This document shows positions 1-8,759 of a stretch of 40,659 nucleotides of DNA, piece by piece. The number at the start of each line of letters is the position of its first letter. The first letter of the stretch is position 1. The DNA lies in the NCBI GenBank assembly GCA_044348585.1, contig JBIKSN010000001.1:1-40659 (forward strand), in the 5' to 3' direction. A program made the translations under genes and the position numbers. A model generated the notes under the pieces. That model did not search any database. It was given only the letters and a program-made list of their open reading frames with translations, and was not told where the DNA came from. Origin of the DNA: Flavipsychrobacter sp. GTDB lineage: Bacteria > Bacteroidota > Bacteroidia > Chitinophagales > Chitinophagaceae.

Positions 1-403
1 TGGCATAGTGCGCAATTGCCGTGGCATTGGCCGGTCGGAACGCCTCGTTGAGCACCGCCAGCAGAAAGGTGCAGGCACAAATGGCAATGTAGTCGGTCAT
101 TTGCCCCAGAACTATGAACATGACCCCACCACATAGCAGGGCAGAGAGCTGAATATAGTAGAAGCCGAAACGGTCGGTAAGTTTGCCGCCCAATATGCCG
201 CCCACTATGGCCCCCAGACCAAAGATGGCCATAACCATACTTGCCTTCGCAATGGTATAGTGCCGCGATTGCGTAAGGTAGAGCGTCATGAAGGGCACTA
301 CCATGGTGCCGCTACGGTTGATGAGCATCACCACCGATAGCCACCACGTAGCGGGCGACAGTCCGCTATAGGCGTTCTTATATAGGGTCGTGATGCGATT
401 CAT
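1..403 (-). CDS. MFS transporter, N-terminal part (runs off the left edge)
   Basis: Read by hand, not in the ORF track. ATG at 403 gives MNRITTLYKNAYSGLSPATWWLSVVMLINRSGTMVVPFMTLYLT...GGILGGKLTDRFG, with hydrophobic helices and MFS motif A (GxLxDRxG). Confidence 0.88.
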   Translation of the reverse strand, partial: MNRITTLYKNAYSGLSPATWWLSVVMLINRSGTMVVPFMTLYLTQSRHYTIAKASMVMAIFGLGAIVGGILGGKLTDRFGFYYIQLSALLCGGVMFIVLGQMTDYIAICACTFLLAVLNEAFRPANATAIAHYA

Positions 404-408
404 GGTGG

Positions 409-416
409 CAAAGATA
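409..416 (-). promoter_or_regulatory. Bacteroidota sigma70-type -7 box (TATCTTTG) just upstream of the MFS gene
   Basis: Minus strand reads TATCTTTG-CCACC-ATG, matching TANNTTTG. Confidence 0.55.
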
Positions 417-465
417 GTTGAATGAAGAGGTGAGGTGGACAGATAGAGTGTCCTATTGTTTTGTG

Positions 466-500
466 AAAAAAAAAGCCTCCGCGGTGATGCGGAGGCTTTT
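466..500 (-). terminator. Intrinsic terminator of secA
   Basis: Perfect 12-bp stem AAAAGCCTCCGC/GCGGAGGCTTTT with a 6-nt loop. The A-run at 466-474 gives the U-tract on the minus strand, and the element lies just past the secA stop. Confidence 0.9.
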
Positions 501-518
501 GAATTGTATTGAAGTTGA

Positions 519-3500
519 TTACAGTCCCTGACCGTGGCAGCTTTTGTATTTCTTGCCGCTTCCGCAAGGGCAAGGATCGTTACGGCCTATTTTGGGTCCG
601 GCCTGCACAGGTGTGCGTTTCACTGGTTCCTGTGGCTCCGTTTCTTCTGTGTAATAGTCTTCTTCGTCAGCGGCATAGGCATGACCCGCAGCTTCCACCT
701 GGGCTTTGTTGTCATACATCTGACTCATGTCGGTGTGGTGTACCGGAGCCTCTGCTGCCTGTGGTGGCGCGTCCTGCATAGGAATGCCCGCACGCATGAT
801 GAAGCTGATGATGTTCTTGTTTGTCTCCATCATCATTTGTTTGAAGAGGTTGAATGCTTCAAACTTGTAGATGAGGAGCGGGTCTTTCTGTTCGTATGAC
901 GCCATGCGCACACTCTGTCGGAGATCGTCCATAGCACGCAGATGGTTTTTCCATGCGTCGTCTATAAGTGCCAGGGTGATATTCTTTTCCAGTGTCTGCA
1001 TGATAGGAAGACCTTCCTGAGCAACGGCTTCTTTGAGGTCTACATAGATCTGCATGCCACGCACGCCATCGGTGAACGGAATCACGATATTGTCAACCTT
1101 GTCGCCGTTCTCCTGCAGTATCTGCATCAGAGTCGGCATCATGTGCTCGCGCAGCGCAGCAGACTTGCGGGTATAGAAGTCTTTTACAGCGTGGTACAGC
1201 TTCTCGCCTATGACATTAGTGTCAGGCTTAGTAGTGTCCTCAGCAGCTATTTCGAATTCTATTGCAAGGTGCTTGATGACCTCAAGGTTGAATGCTTCCT
1301 TGTCGCCTGACGCTACAAACTGCTCAGCGAGGTCGATACACACTGCAAAGATCGCATTGTCAAGATCTATTGACAGACGGTCTCCGAAAAGGGCGTGGTT
1401 GCGACGTTTATAGATAACGTCACGTTGCGCGTTCATTACGTCATCGTACTCGAGCAGGTTTTTACGCATGCCGAAGTTGTTCTCTTCTACTTTGCGTTGC
1501 GCGCGCTCTATCGATTTTGAGATCATGCTGTGTTGCAGCACCTCTCCGTCTTTGTGGCCCATTTTGTCCATGAGCGACGCGATACGTTCTGAACCGAACA
1601 GGCGCATCAGATCATCTTCAAGAGACACAAAGAACTGCGATGAACCCGGATCGCCCTGACGACCGGCACGACCACGCAACTGGCGGTCTACACGGCGGCT
1701 TTCGTGGCGTTCTGTACCAATGATGGCCAGACCACCGGCCTGCTTCACACCCGGGCCGAGCTTGATGTCCGTACCACGACCCGCCATATTGGTGGCTATG
1801 GTCACAGCACCGGCCAAACCAGCTTCGGCAACTATCTGCGCTTCTTTTGCGTGCTGCTTGGCGTTCAGAACATTGTGTTGTATCTTCTTCTGCTGCAGCA
1901 TACGGCTCAGCAATTCCGAAACCTCTACCGATGTAGTACCCACCAACACAGGGCGGCCGGCACCACTCAGTTTTTCGATCTCGTCAATAACTGCCTTGTA
2001 CTTCTCGCGTTTTGTTTTGTATACGAGGTCCTGCTGATCTTTACGAACGATAGGCAGGTTGGTAGGGATGCTCACCACATCGAGTTTGTAGATCTGCCAG
2101 AACTCGCCTGCTTCTGTTTCGGCCGTACCGGTCATACCGGCCAGCTTGTGGTACATACGGAAATAGTTCTGCAGGGTAACGGTAGCGAACGTTTGTGTTG
2201 CTGCCTCTACCTGTACGTTCTCTTTAGCTTCGATCGCCTGGTGAAGACCGTCGCTATAACGGCGACCATCGAGGATACGACCGGTTTGCTCATCTACGAT
2301 CTTTACTTTGCCTTCCATCACCACATATTCAACGTCTTTGTCGAATAGGGTATAGGCTTTCAGCAATTGCTGCACCGAGTGGATACGGTCTGCTTTAATT
2401 GCATAGTCCTGAATGAGGGCGTCTTTGCGTTGTGTTTTTTCTTCGGCTGATCCGGCTGTCTTTTCAATTTCAGCGATCTCGCTGCCTATGTCGGGGAGAA
2501 TGAAGAAACCAGGATCTTCGCCTGCACCTGTAATGAGTGCAATACCTTTATCTGTGAGGTCGACACTGTTGTTCTTTTCATCAATAGTGAAGAACAACTC
2601 AGCGTCAACTTTCGGCATGTTCCTTTGCTGCTCACCTATATAATAGTGTTCTGCTTTCTGGAGTATCTGTTTGTTGCCTTCTTCGCTCAGGAACTTGATA
2701 AGTGCGCTGCTTTTAGGCAGACCACGGTAAGCGCGGTAAAGGTGCAGACCACCCGCGTCTTTGTCAGACTTACCATCAGATATCATGCGTTTAGCCTCAG
2801 TAATGCTTGCGTTGATGACCTTTTTTTGGGCATCCAGCAGGCGCTCTATCCTCGGTTTCAGTACATGGAACTGTTGCTCTTCTCCACGAGGGATAGGACC
2901 TGAAATGATGAGCGGCGTACGCGCGTCATCCACCAATACGCTATCCACCTCATCCACCATGGCGTAATGGTGTTTGCGCTGCACCATTTCTTCAGGGTGG
3001 TGCACCATGTTGTCGCGCAAGTAGTCGAAGCCGAATTCGTTATTTGTACCCCATGTGATGTCGGCCATGTATGCCTGACGACGTTGAGGGGAGTTTGGTT
3101 CGTGTTTGTCGATACAGTCGGTAGTGAGTCCCAGCCACTCAAACAGCGGTCCGTTCCACTCCTGGTCACGACGGGCAAGGTAGTCATTGACCGTAACGAT
3201 GTGTACGCCTTCGCCGGCGAGCGCATTCAGGTAAGCCGGCAGGGTTGATACGAGTGTTTTACCTTCACCCGTAGCCATCTCCGCTATCTTCCCTTCATGA
3301 AGTACCATACCACCAATGAGCTGTACATCGTAGTGAACCATGTTCCAGCTTACAGTTATGCCGGCGGCATCCCAGTTATTCTGATAAATGCACTGGTCAC
3401 CTTCTATGCGCATGTGTTTGCGCGTGGGTGCCAGTTCGCGGTCATGGTCTGTAGCGGTTGCCACCATTTCAGGATTCTCTTTGAAACGACGTGCGGCTTC

Positions 3501-3851
3501 CTTGATTACGGCAAACGCCTCGGGAAGAATACTGTTCAGAACTTCTTCGATCTGTTCGTCGCGTTTTTTTCTCAGCTTGTCTACTTCATTATAGTTCTCT
3601 TCGCGCGCATGAACATCTTCCACGTGCAGCGCATCTGCATCTGCTTTACGTTCGGTGATCTGCTGATCGATACCGGAAAGGTATTCCTGAATACGTGTAC
3701 GGAATTCCTGTGTTTTATTGCGGAGTTCATCGTTTGACAGTGAGGACATTTCAGAAAAGAAACGATTTATCTGTCCCACAATGGGTTGGAGTTTCTTTAC
3801 GTCTTTGTCGGATTTACTACCGCCAAATAGTTTTGAGAGGAAGGCTATCAT
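519..3851 (-). CDS. secA: Preprotein translocase subunit SecA
   Basis: MATGEGKT Walker A, DEVDS, IATNMAGRGTDIKLG, GTERHESRRVDRQLRGRAGRQGDPG, and C-terminal SEC-C motif GRNDPCPCGSGKKYKSCHG. Confidence 0.99.
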   Translation of the reverse strand: MIAFLSKLFGGSKSDKDVKKLQPIVGQINRFFSEMSSLSNDELRNKTQEFRTRIQEYLSGIDQQITERKADADALHVEDVHAREENYNEVDKLRKKRDEQIEEVLNSILPEAFAVIKEAARRFKENPEMVATATDHDRELAPTRKHMRIEGDQCIYQNNWDAAGITVSWNMVHYDVQLIGGMVLHEGKIAEMATGEGKTLVSTLPAYLNALAGEGVHIVTVNDYLARRDQEWNGPLFEWLGLTTDCIDKHEPNSPQRRQAYMADITWGTNNEFGFDYLRDNMVHHPEEMVQRKHHYAMVDEVDSVLVDDARTPLIISGPIPRGEEQQFHVLKPRIERLLDAQKKVINASITEAKRMISDGKSDKDAGGLHLYRAYRGLPKSSALIKFLSEEGNKQILQKAEHYYIGEQQRNMPKVDAELFFTIDEKNNSVDLTDKGIALITGAGEDPGFFILPDIGSEIAEIEKTAGSAEEKTQRKDALIQDYAIKADRIHSVQQLLKAYTLFDKDVEYVVMEGKVKIVDEQTGRILDGRRYSDGLHQAIEAKENVQVEAATQTFATVTLQNYFRMYHKLAGMTGTAETEAGEFWQIYKLDVVSIPTNLPIVRKDQQDLVYKTKREKYKAVIDEIEKLSGAGRPVLVGTTSVEVSELLSRMLQQKKIQHNVLNAKQHAKEAQIVAEAGLAGAVTIATNMAGRGTDIKLGPGVKQAGGLAIIGTERHESRRVDRQLRGRAGRQGDPGSSQFFVSLEDDLMRLFGSERIASLMDKMGHKDGEVLQHSMISKSIERAQRKVEENNFGMRKNLLEYDDVMNAQRDVIYKRRNHALFGDRLSIDLDNAIFAVCIDLAEQFVASGDKEAFNLEVIKHLAIEFEIAAEDTTKPDTNVIGEKLYHAVKDFYTRKSAALREHMMPTLMQILQENGDKVDNIVIPFTDGVRGMQIYVDLKEAVAQEGLPIMQTLEKNITLALIDDAWKNHLRAMDDLRQSVRMASYEQKDPLLIYKFEAFNLFKQMMMETNKNIISFIMRAGIPMQDAPPQAAEAPVHHTDMSQMYDNKAQVEAAGHAYAADEEDYYTEETEPQEPVKRTPVQAGPKIGRNDPCPCGSGKKYKSCHGQGL

Positions 3852-3978
3852 TATATAAGTATCAAAATGGTAAAAAACACTTTTCTACGTTGGCTGCTTG
3901 CAGCAAACAATACCTTGAAGCGGGTAACAAAATTCATGCATTTTTTTTGCAACTGTCATGTTGGCGCACAAGGGGTGC

Positions 3979-3986
3979 CAAAGCTA
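3979..3986 (-). promoter_or_regulatory. Candidate -7 promoter box (TAGCTTTG) for secA
   Basis: Matches TANNTTTG on the minus strand about 130 nt upstream of the secA start. Confidence 0.4.
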
Positions 3987-4369
3987 CACTAAACGCACCA
4001 TTTCAGCAACAACAACTGACGCTTTGCGGGTATGGGGTGAAAGATGTGGGGTTATCTTCTAATGTGTAAAGTGTGGGTCCATGAGTAATGGTAATCGATA
4101 CGTATGGCTGTATGATTTGGTTTTGCTTTGATCTATATGAGCGATCTGTAATATAAGTATTGTTGTTTTGCCCTACCGGGAATTGTTATTTCAGATCTGA
4201 TTGTAAAAACAGCAGGGTATTGTGGGCTTGTTTGATGGGCCCTGAATGCTGAGAATTAGGCCATTCTGAGGTGATTTATCACTAATGGACAAAAAAAAGT
4301 GTTGCAATAATTTGCAGGGCAAGAAAATTTTTATGTATTTTGGGTTCAATTTTGAAAACAAAAACAAAC

Positions 4370-4912
4370 ATGAAAAGAACGTTCGTCTTAGTAGCCACAA
4401 TATTCGCAGCGATTTCTCTGAGCAGTAAAAGCTTCGCACAGGAAGACCTCGTGCGTATTTTCCGTTGGTATGTTCCGCAAGATAAAGACTATGTAACAGT
4501 AGTAGATGGTGAATATCAGGACGGTCAGCTGATCAACTGGGGATGGGGCGATAAGACCTTGTTATTCTGGGCTTACCGCAATCCGGGTCCTAACCGTGTT
4601 GCTATCTACGGATGGTACAATCCGGTTGCACGCGTTCACATTTCAGTAGCGGAAGACGAGTTCAGCGACGATCAGATGCTGAAAATGGGCTATACACAGA
4701 AGCACCTTCAGTTTTATGCGCTTACCCGCCGTGGACCGAACACAATGTGTATCTACCGTTGGAAAGATGTTAAGCGTCGCTCATGGATCACTATTCCGGA
4801 AGATTACAGTATGGACACTGATACTTACCTGAAAAAAGGCTACCGCAGGAAAACTTACCAGTACTTTGGTGTTAGCCGCAACGTAGACGCTCCTGTTTAC
4901 GATCAGCTGTAA
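4370..4912 (+). CDS. Secreted protein with three ~49-aa repeats (DUF5648-like, probable beta-trefoil)
   Basis: ATG 4370 (A-rich upstream) starts a signal peptide MKRTFVLV...SFA|QED. Three repeats of the form I(F/Y)xW...G(W/Y)xxKxxx(F/Y), the first two ending GPN. Confidence 0.6.
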   Translation: MKRTFVLVATIFAAISLSSKSFAQEDLVRIFRWYVPQDKDYVTVVDGEYQDGQLINWGWGDKTLLFWAYRNPGPNRVAIYGWYNPVARVHISVAEDEFSDDQMLKMGYTQKHLQFYALTRRGPNTMCIYRWKDVKRRSWITIPEDYSMDTDTYLKKGYRRKTYQYFGVSRNVDAPVYDQL

Positions 4913-4934
4913 GGTAAAAGCACTCATAAAAACG

Positions 4935-4961
4935 AAGCCACCGCATTGCGGTGGCTTTTTT
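4935..4961 (+). terminator. Intrinsic terminator between convergent genes
   Basis: Stem AAGCCACCGC/GCGGTGGCTT followed by a T-run. Confidence 0.85.
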
Positions 4962-4982
4962 ATTTCGGGTAAAAGAACTGAA

Positions 4983-6122
4983 TTATTTGACCGGAACCTG
5001 CCTGCGGGTAACGACATAGTGCAGGCGCACCATCATAGCCATAAGCTGGGTTTTGCTGTGCGCATTGCGTTCTATGTAATAGATGGTCTGTGAAATAGTG
5101 TCCATCATTTCTCGGATCGTTTCGACGGGGAGGCCTTGTTTTACGAACTTACGGGCAAAATCTGCTTCGGCATCCTGTAGCGGCAGTGTTTCCACCGGCA
5201 GGTAATGGGCACGCAACGCATGTCCCATCAGTTGAATAACGTATTGTAAGAAGTTCTTCTGCTGTTCGCGGCCGGCTTTCCCCCATTTTTCGGCAATTGC
5301 TGCACGGCCTAATCCGTCATTGGGTACAAATAGTGTCAGGAACATCTGCCGAACTTCGGGGAATAACTCGTTGTCGGCGTGTTGGCGCAGACGTAATGCC
5401 TCGGTATAGCTGCCCATTGCCAGGTGGGCTACCTGTGCGGCTACCGCCGGTGACGCACCGGTACGATCGATCAATGCCTGTGTGATGTCGGCGGCCGGAA
5501 TAGGTGCCAGCCGAATTTCCTGTGTGCGGGACAGGATAGTAGGTAATATCTCTTCCTTGTTTTCAGCAACAAAGATCATTATCGTGTCTGCGGGTGGCTC
5601 CTCAATCAGTTTCAGGAGGATGTTGCCTTCTTTGCCCAGATACTCTGGTCGCCACATGATCTGCACCTTTTTGCCACCTTCGTAAGACTTAAGGTATAGC
5701 TTCTCAATGATCTCACGGCACTCTTCGGCAGGTATGTTGCCTTGTTTGTTCTCGGCATTTATGAACTGGAGCCAATCGAATGTGGTGCCATAGGGAGTTT
5801 GTTTTATAAATTCGCGGAACTCTTGCAGGTAGTAGCGGCTCAGGGCTTTGGTATTGGTTTTGGGCGGCAGGGCAGGGAAGCTGAAATGCAGGTCGGCATG
5901 TTCCATCCGCTTTACTTTGCTGCACCCTGCGCACACGCCGCAAGAATCGGTGTCAGTTCTGTTTTCGCAAAAAATGTACTGTGCCAGAGCAATGGCCAGT
6001 GGCAGTCCACCCGTACCCTCGGCACCGGTGAAGAGTAGCGCATGAGGCAGCGAATTGCCGCTGCACATGCTGAGTAAACCATTTTTTGCGGGCTGCTGGC
6101 CCACTACGTTGCTAAAGTTCAA
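4983..6122 (-). CDS. holB: DNA polymerase III delta-prime subunit
   Basis: Starts (M)NFSNVVGQ from TTG at 6122, then LPHALLFTG, zinc finger CENR...SCGVCAGC, HADLHF, NILLKLIEEPP and ILPTILSRTQ. The ORF-track extension to 6353 overlaps lptE and is rejected. Confidence 0.92.
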   Translation of the reverse strand: MNFSNVVGQQPAKNGLLSMCSGNSLPHALLFTGAEGTGGLPLAIALAQYIFCENRTDTDSCGVCAGCSKVKRMEHADLHFSFPALPPKTNTKALSRYYLQEFREFIKQTPYGTTFDWLQFINAENKQGNIPAEECREIIEKLYLKSYEGGKKVQIMWRPEYLGKEGNILLKLIEEPPADTIMIFVAENKEEILPTILSRTQEIRLAPIPAADITQALIDRTGASPAVAAQVAHLAMGSYTEALRLRQHADNELFPEVRQMFLTLFVPNDGLGRAAIAEKWGKAGREQQKNFLQYVIQLMGHALRAHYLPVETLPLQDAEADFARKFVKQGLPVETIREMMDTISQTIYYIERNAHSKTQLMAMMVRLHYVVTRRQVPVK

Positions 6123-6163
6123 TCTGCTTGTTCCCGTGTTTTGACTATTCCATAAGGGAATCA

Positions 6164-6194
6164 CAAATCTAGGCAACCTTGGGGTAGCAACAAA
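6164..6194 (-). promoter_or_regulatory. Bacteroidota promoter TTTG-N19-TAGATTTG for holB
   Basis: Both the -33 and -7 elements are present with a 19-nt spacer, about 40 nt upstream of the TTG at 6122. Confidence 0.65.
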
Positions 6195-6224
6195 AATGGA
6201 GGAATGGGGCAAACCAATATTTGT

Positions 6225-6232
6225 TACTTTTG
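6225..6232 (+). promoter_or_regulatory. Candidate -7 box (TACTTTTG) for the lptE-TPR-secG operon
   Basis: TANNTTTG match 12 nt before ATG 6244; divergent from the holB promoter. Confidence 0.55.
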
Positions 6233-6243
6233 TAGCCATCCGG

Positions 6244-6750
6244 ATGAAGTTTTCTGCAATCATACTGACAGTCTTTTGTTCCTCTTTGCTACCGCTGGCA
6301 GGGTGCGGGGTATATAGTTTTTCGGGTGCTGCTATAGAAGGCAAGTCCATCAATATCCATCAGTTGGAAAATAAGGCACGGAACGTGGTGCCGAGCCTTA
6401 GCGCAAACCTGACAGAAAAAGTGCGCAGAAGGATACTTTCGCAAACGGGGTTGAAGCCTGTGAATAATGACGAGGCCGACTACGATATCACAGGTAAGAT
6501 TGTGGCTTATGAAGTGACAGTAACTGCTGCCCAGGGTGTGCAGTTGGCCACTAAGAACAGGCTGACGATAGGGGTGGAGGTCACATTTGTGAACCGGCTT
6601 AATGAAAAAGCAGGATTTACACAAACGTTCACGCGTTTTTCTGATTTCAATGCCTCTCAGATGCTGCAAAGTGTAGAGAGTGCACTGATAGAAGATATCG
6701 GGAATCAGCTGGCAGATGATATTTTTAATAAAGCTTTTGTAAATTGGTAG
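6244..6750 (+). CDS. lptE: LPS-assembly lipoprotein, LptE family (Bacteroidota type)
   Basis: Lipobox LAG|C followed by GVYSFSGA, NRLTIGVEVTFVN and C-terminal DIFNKAFVNW. Sits in the usual position upstream of the TPR gene and secG. Confidence 0.8.
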   Translation: MKFSAIILTVFCSSLLPLAGCGVYSFSGAAIEGKSINIHQLENKARNVVPSLSANLTEKVRRRILSQTGLKPVNNDEADYDITGKIVAYEVTVTAAQGVQLATKNRLTIGVEVTFVNRLNEKAGFTQTFTRFSDFNASQMLQSVESALIEDIGNQLADDIFNKAFVNW

Positions 6751-6758
6751 CCGCAAGT

Positions 6759-7820
6759 ATGGATAATCAGGCTTCGATAAGGCATATTTCATTGTTGATG
6801 GCGTCACCATCCGTAGTAACGGAGGGTGATGAGGGGAGTATTTCGGAGCTGCGGCAATCGTATCCTTATTTTGTACCTGCGCGTTATGCTGAAGCTGCAT
6901 TGAAGTATAAGAATAGTGGTCAGCTATCTGAGGTGACCCCGGGTGTACTGTCTTATTCGGGCAACTGGATGATGCTCTGCGATTACATCCTTGGCGTATC
7001 AGAGCCTGTAGCCGCTGGTATTGTTGAAGCCAAGGAGGAGGTGCCTGCATTTGAGAGTGACCCTGTTGAAGAGGTTACATTGATGGAGGCTGTTGAAGAC
7101 GTAGTTGTGCGGGTTGAAGAGCAGCCTGTGCAGAATGATGTACCGGAGGAAATAGTGATAGAAGACGAAGATACAATTGCTGATGCCGATGAGCTGACTG
7201 CGGATGCAGTTACCGACGACCTGGCAGAAGAGTTGGAGACGCAGCATAAAAGTTTCTGGGTGCAGGATGATGAAGCAGTTGAGGAGGAAGAAATAGACGA
7301 GGAATTTGAAGAAGAGCCGGTGCTGAGTAATGAAAAACCTCTGATCAGTCCCGTTTATACCGATGATTATTTTCTGGCACAGGGCGAACGGGTGTCTGTT
7401 GATATGCCGGATGAGATCGCGAGCCTCATTCCGGAAGAAACTGACGAAGATGCAGCCAAATCGCTGATGGTGATGATGAGCTTCTCTGAATGGTTGTTAC
7501 ATTTCAAGAGCACCGCAGAGAAACAAAAGGAGGAGAATAAAGACCAGAAGGCTTTGAAAACTATGTGGCAGAAAGAGAAACTTGCCGCGGCTATAGAAGA
7601 AGAGAACGAAGAAATACCCGAGAATGTCTTTGAAATGGCTGTGAATTCAATAGCTAAAGAAGACGGTCTGGCGAGTGAATCGCTTGCAGAAATTTATATA
7701 AAACAGGGCAAGTATGACAAGGCAATTGAGATGTACAGAAAATTAAGTTTGCGTAATCCTCAAAAAAATGCTTACTTTGCCCGCAAAATAGAAGAAATCT
7801 TAAAGGAAAAACAATCATGA
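6759..7820 (+). CDS. Conserved Bacteroidota protein with an acidic linker and a C-terminal TPR-like motif
   Basis: N-terminal YPYF motif, E/D-rich middle, SFSEWL, and C-terminal SESLAEIYIKQGKYDKAIEMYRKLSLRNPQKNAYFA. Overlaps secG by ATGA. Confidence 0.8.
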   Translation: MDNQASIRHISLLMASPSVVTEGDEGSISELRQSYPYFVPARYAEAALKYKNSGQLSEVTPGVLSYSGNWMMLCDYILGVSEPVAAGIVEAKEEVPAFESDPVEEVTLMEAVEDVVVRVEEQPVQNDVPEEIVIEDEDTIADADELTADAVTDDLAEELETQHKSFWVQDDEAVEEEEIDEEFEEEPVLSNEKPLISPVYTDDYFLAQGERVSVDMPDEIASLIPEETDEDAAKSLMVMMSFSEWLLHFKSTAEKQKEENKDQKALKTMWQKEKLAAAIEEENEEIPENVFEMAVNSIAKEDGLASESLAEIYIKQGKYDKAIEMYRKLSLRNPQKNAYFARKIEEILKEKQS

Positions 7821-8110
7821 TATCCCTAATAACAATACTCATTCTGCTGGCTTGTGTAGTTCTTGCCTTTTTTATTCTCATCCAAAATCCAAAGGGTGGC
7901 GGATTGCAAGGGTCATTTGGAACCATGAGTTCTCAGGTGATGGGCGTAAAGCAATCGACTGATGTTATGGAAAAGGGTACATGGACGCTTATCAGCATCA
8001 TTGGAGGTCTTTGCCTTATATCTGTTATGTTTTTTGCTAAGCCGGAAGGCGCTTCAAAATCAAAATCAGCTCCTGCACAGTCTGCCCCGGCTAATGGCGC
8101 TAAGAAATAA
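7817..8110 (+). CDS. secG: Preprotein translocase subunit SecG
   Basis: Two TM helices, ILIQNPKGGGL and DVMEKGTW. Confidence 0.95.
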   Translation: MISLITILILLACVVLAFFILIQNPKGGGLQGSFGTMSSQVMGVKQSTDVMEKGTWTLISIIGGLCLISVMFFAKPEGASKSKSAPAQSAPANGAKK

Positions 8111-8134
8111 TCACATATTATAAAATTTGTATAT

Positions 8135-8164
8135 AGCCTACTCTTAATGAGCAGGCTTTTTTTT
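8135..8164 (+). terminator. Intrinsic terminator after secG
   Basis: AGCCT-A-CTC/GAG-C-AGGCT hairpin followed by T8. Confidence 0.75.
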
Positions 8165-8759
8165 GCCCATTTTTTTGTTGCGGGAGCCAGTTGAGTCTTA
8201 CTTACCAACAAGTTACTAACATATTTTGTTCGGCATTTTGAAATTCCAATTTCCTTTTGTGTAGCTCAAATGCCCTACAGTTAGCTATTCTGCTTTTCTC
8301 GACCTGTCTTATAAATGTGCAATACTATAATGCATTGTAGTTATTAACAAATAGAATGACGTTGGTTTGCAAAAATGTTCAATTATATAGAAAATAGCCT
8401 TTTTTTTCATAGCATTCTTCTGTAATTTCACCCCTAATTCGAGTAGGTCGGCGCGTGCCGGATCCGGATTGAGAACAATAGACTTTACCCCTTGTTGACA
8501 CGTTATTCTCTTCTGAAATGCAGTTAAGGCAAGCCCAAGGTCTACTTCTGTTGTCTGGTTCCCTGACTTAGTGTGATTTATCTGCACTTGGTTTATTGTT
8601 GGTGTATTCGAAATATTAATTAGCAGTAATAAAGCACAATGTGTATTGAAATTGTAACTGTTCACTTCAGTTATTTTCAAAGAACATTTTTATTTATGAA
8701 ATGTATTAATTTCTAATATAAATCCGGGATTACCACTTATCACTCTTAAAAATTACCAA

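Noticed and set aside
6123-6353. 77-aa N-terminal extension of HolB in the ORF track
   Set aside because: Overlaps lptE and spans the holB promoter (6164-6194). The family-like sequence starts at the TTG at 6122.
8309-8680. 123-aa minus-strand ORF upstream of the giant gene
   Set aside because: Non-ATG start, AT-rich, no recognisable motif; more likely non-coding regulatory DNA.
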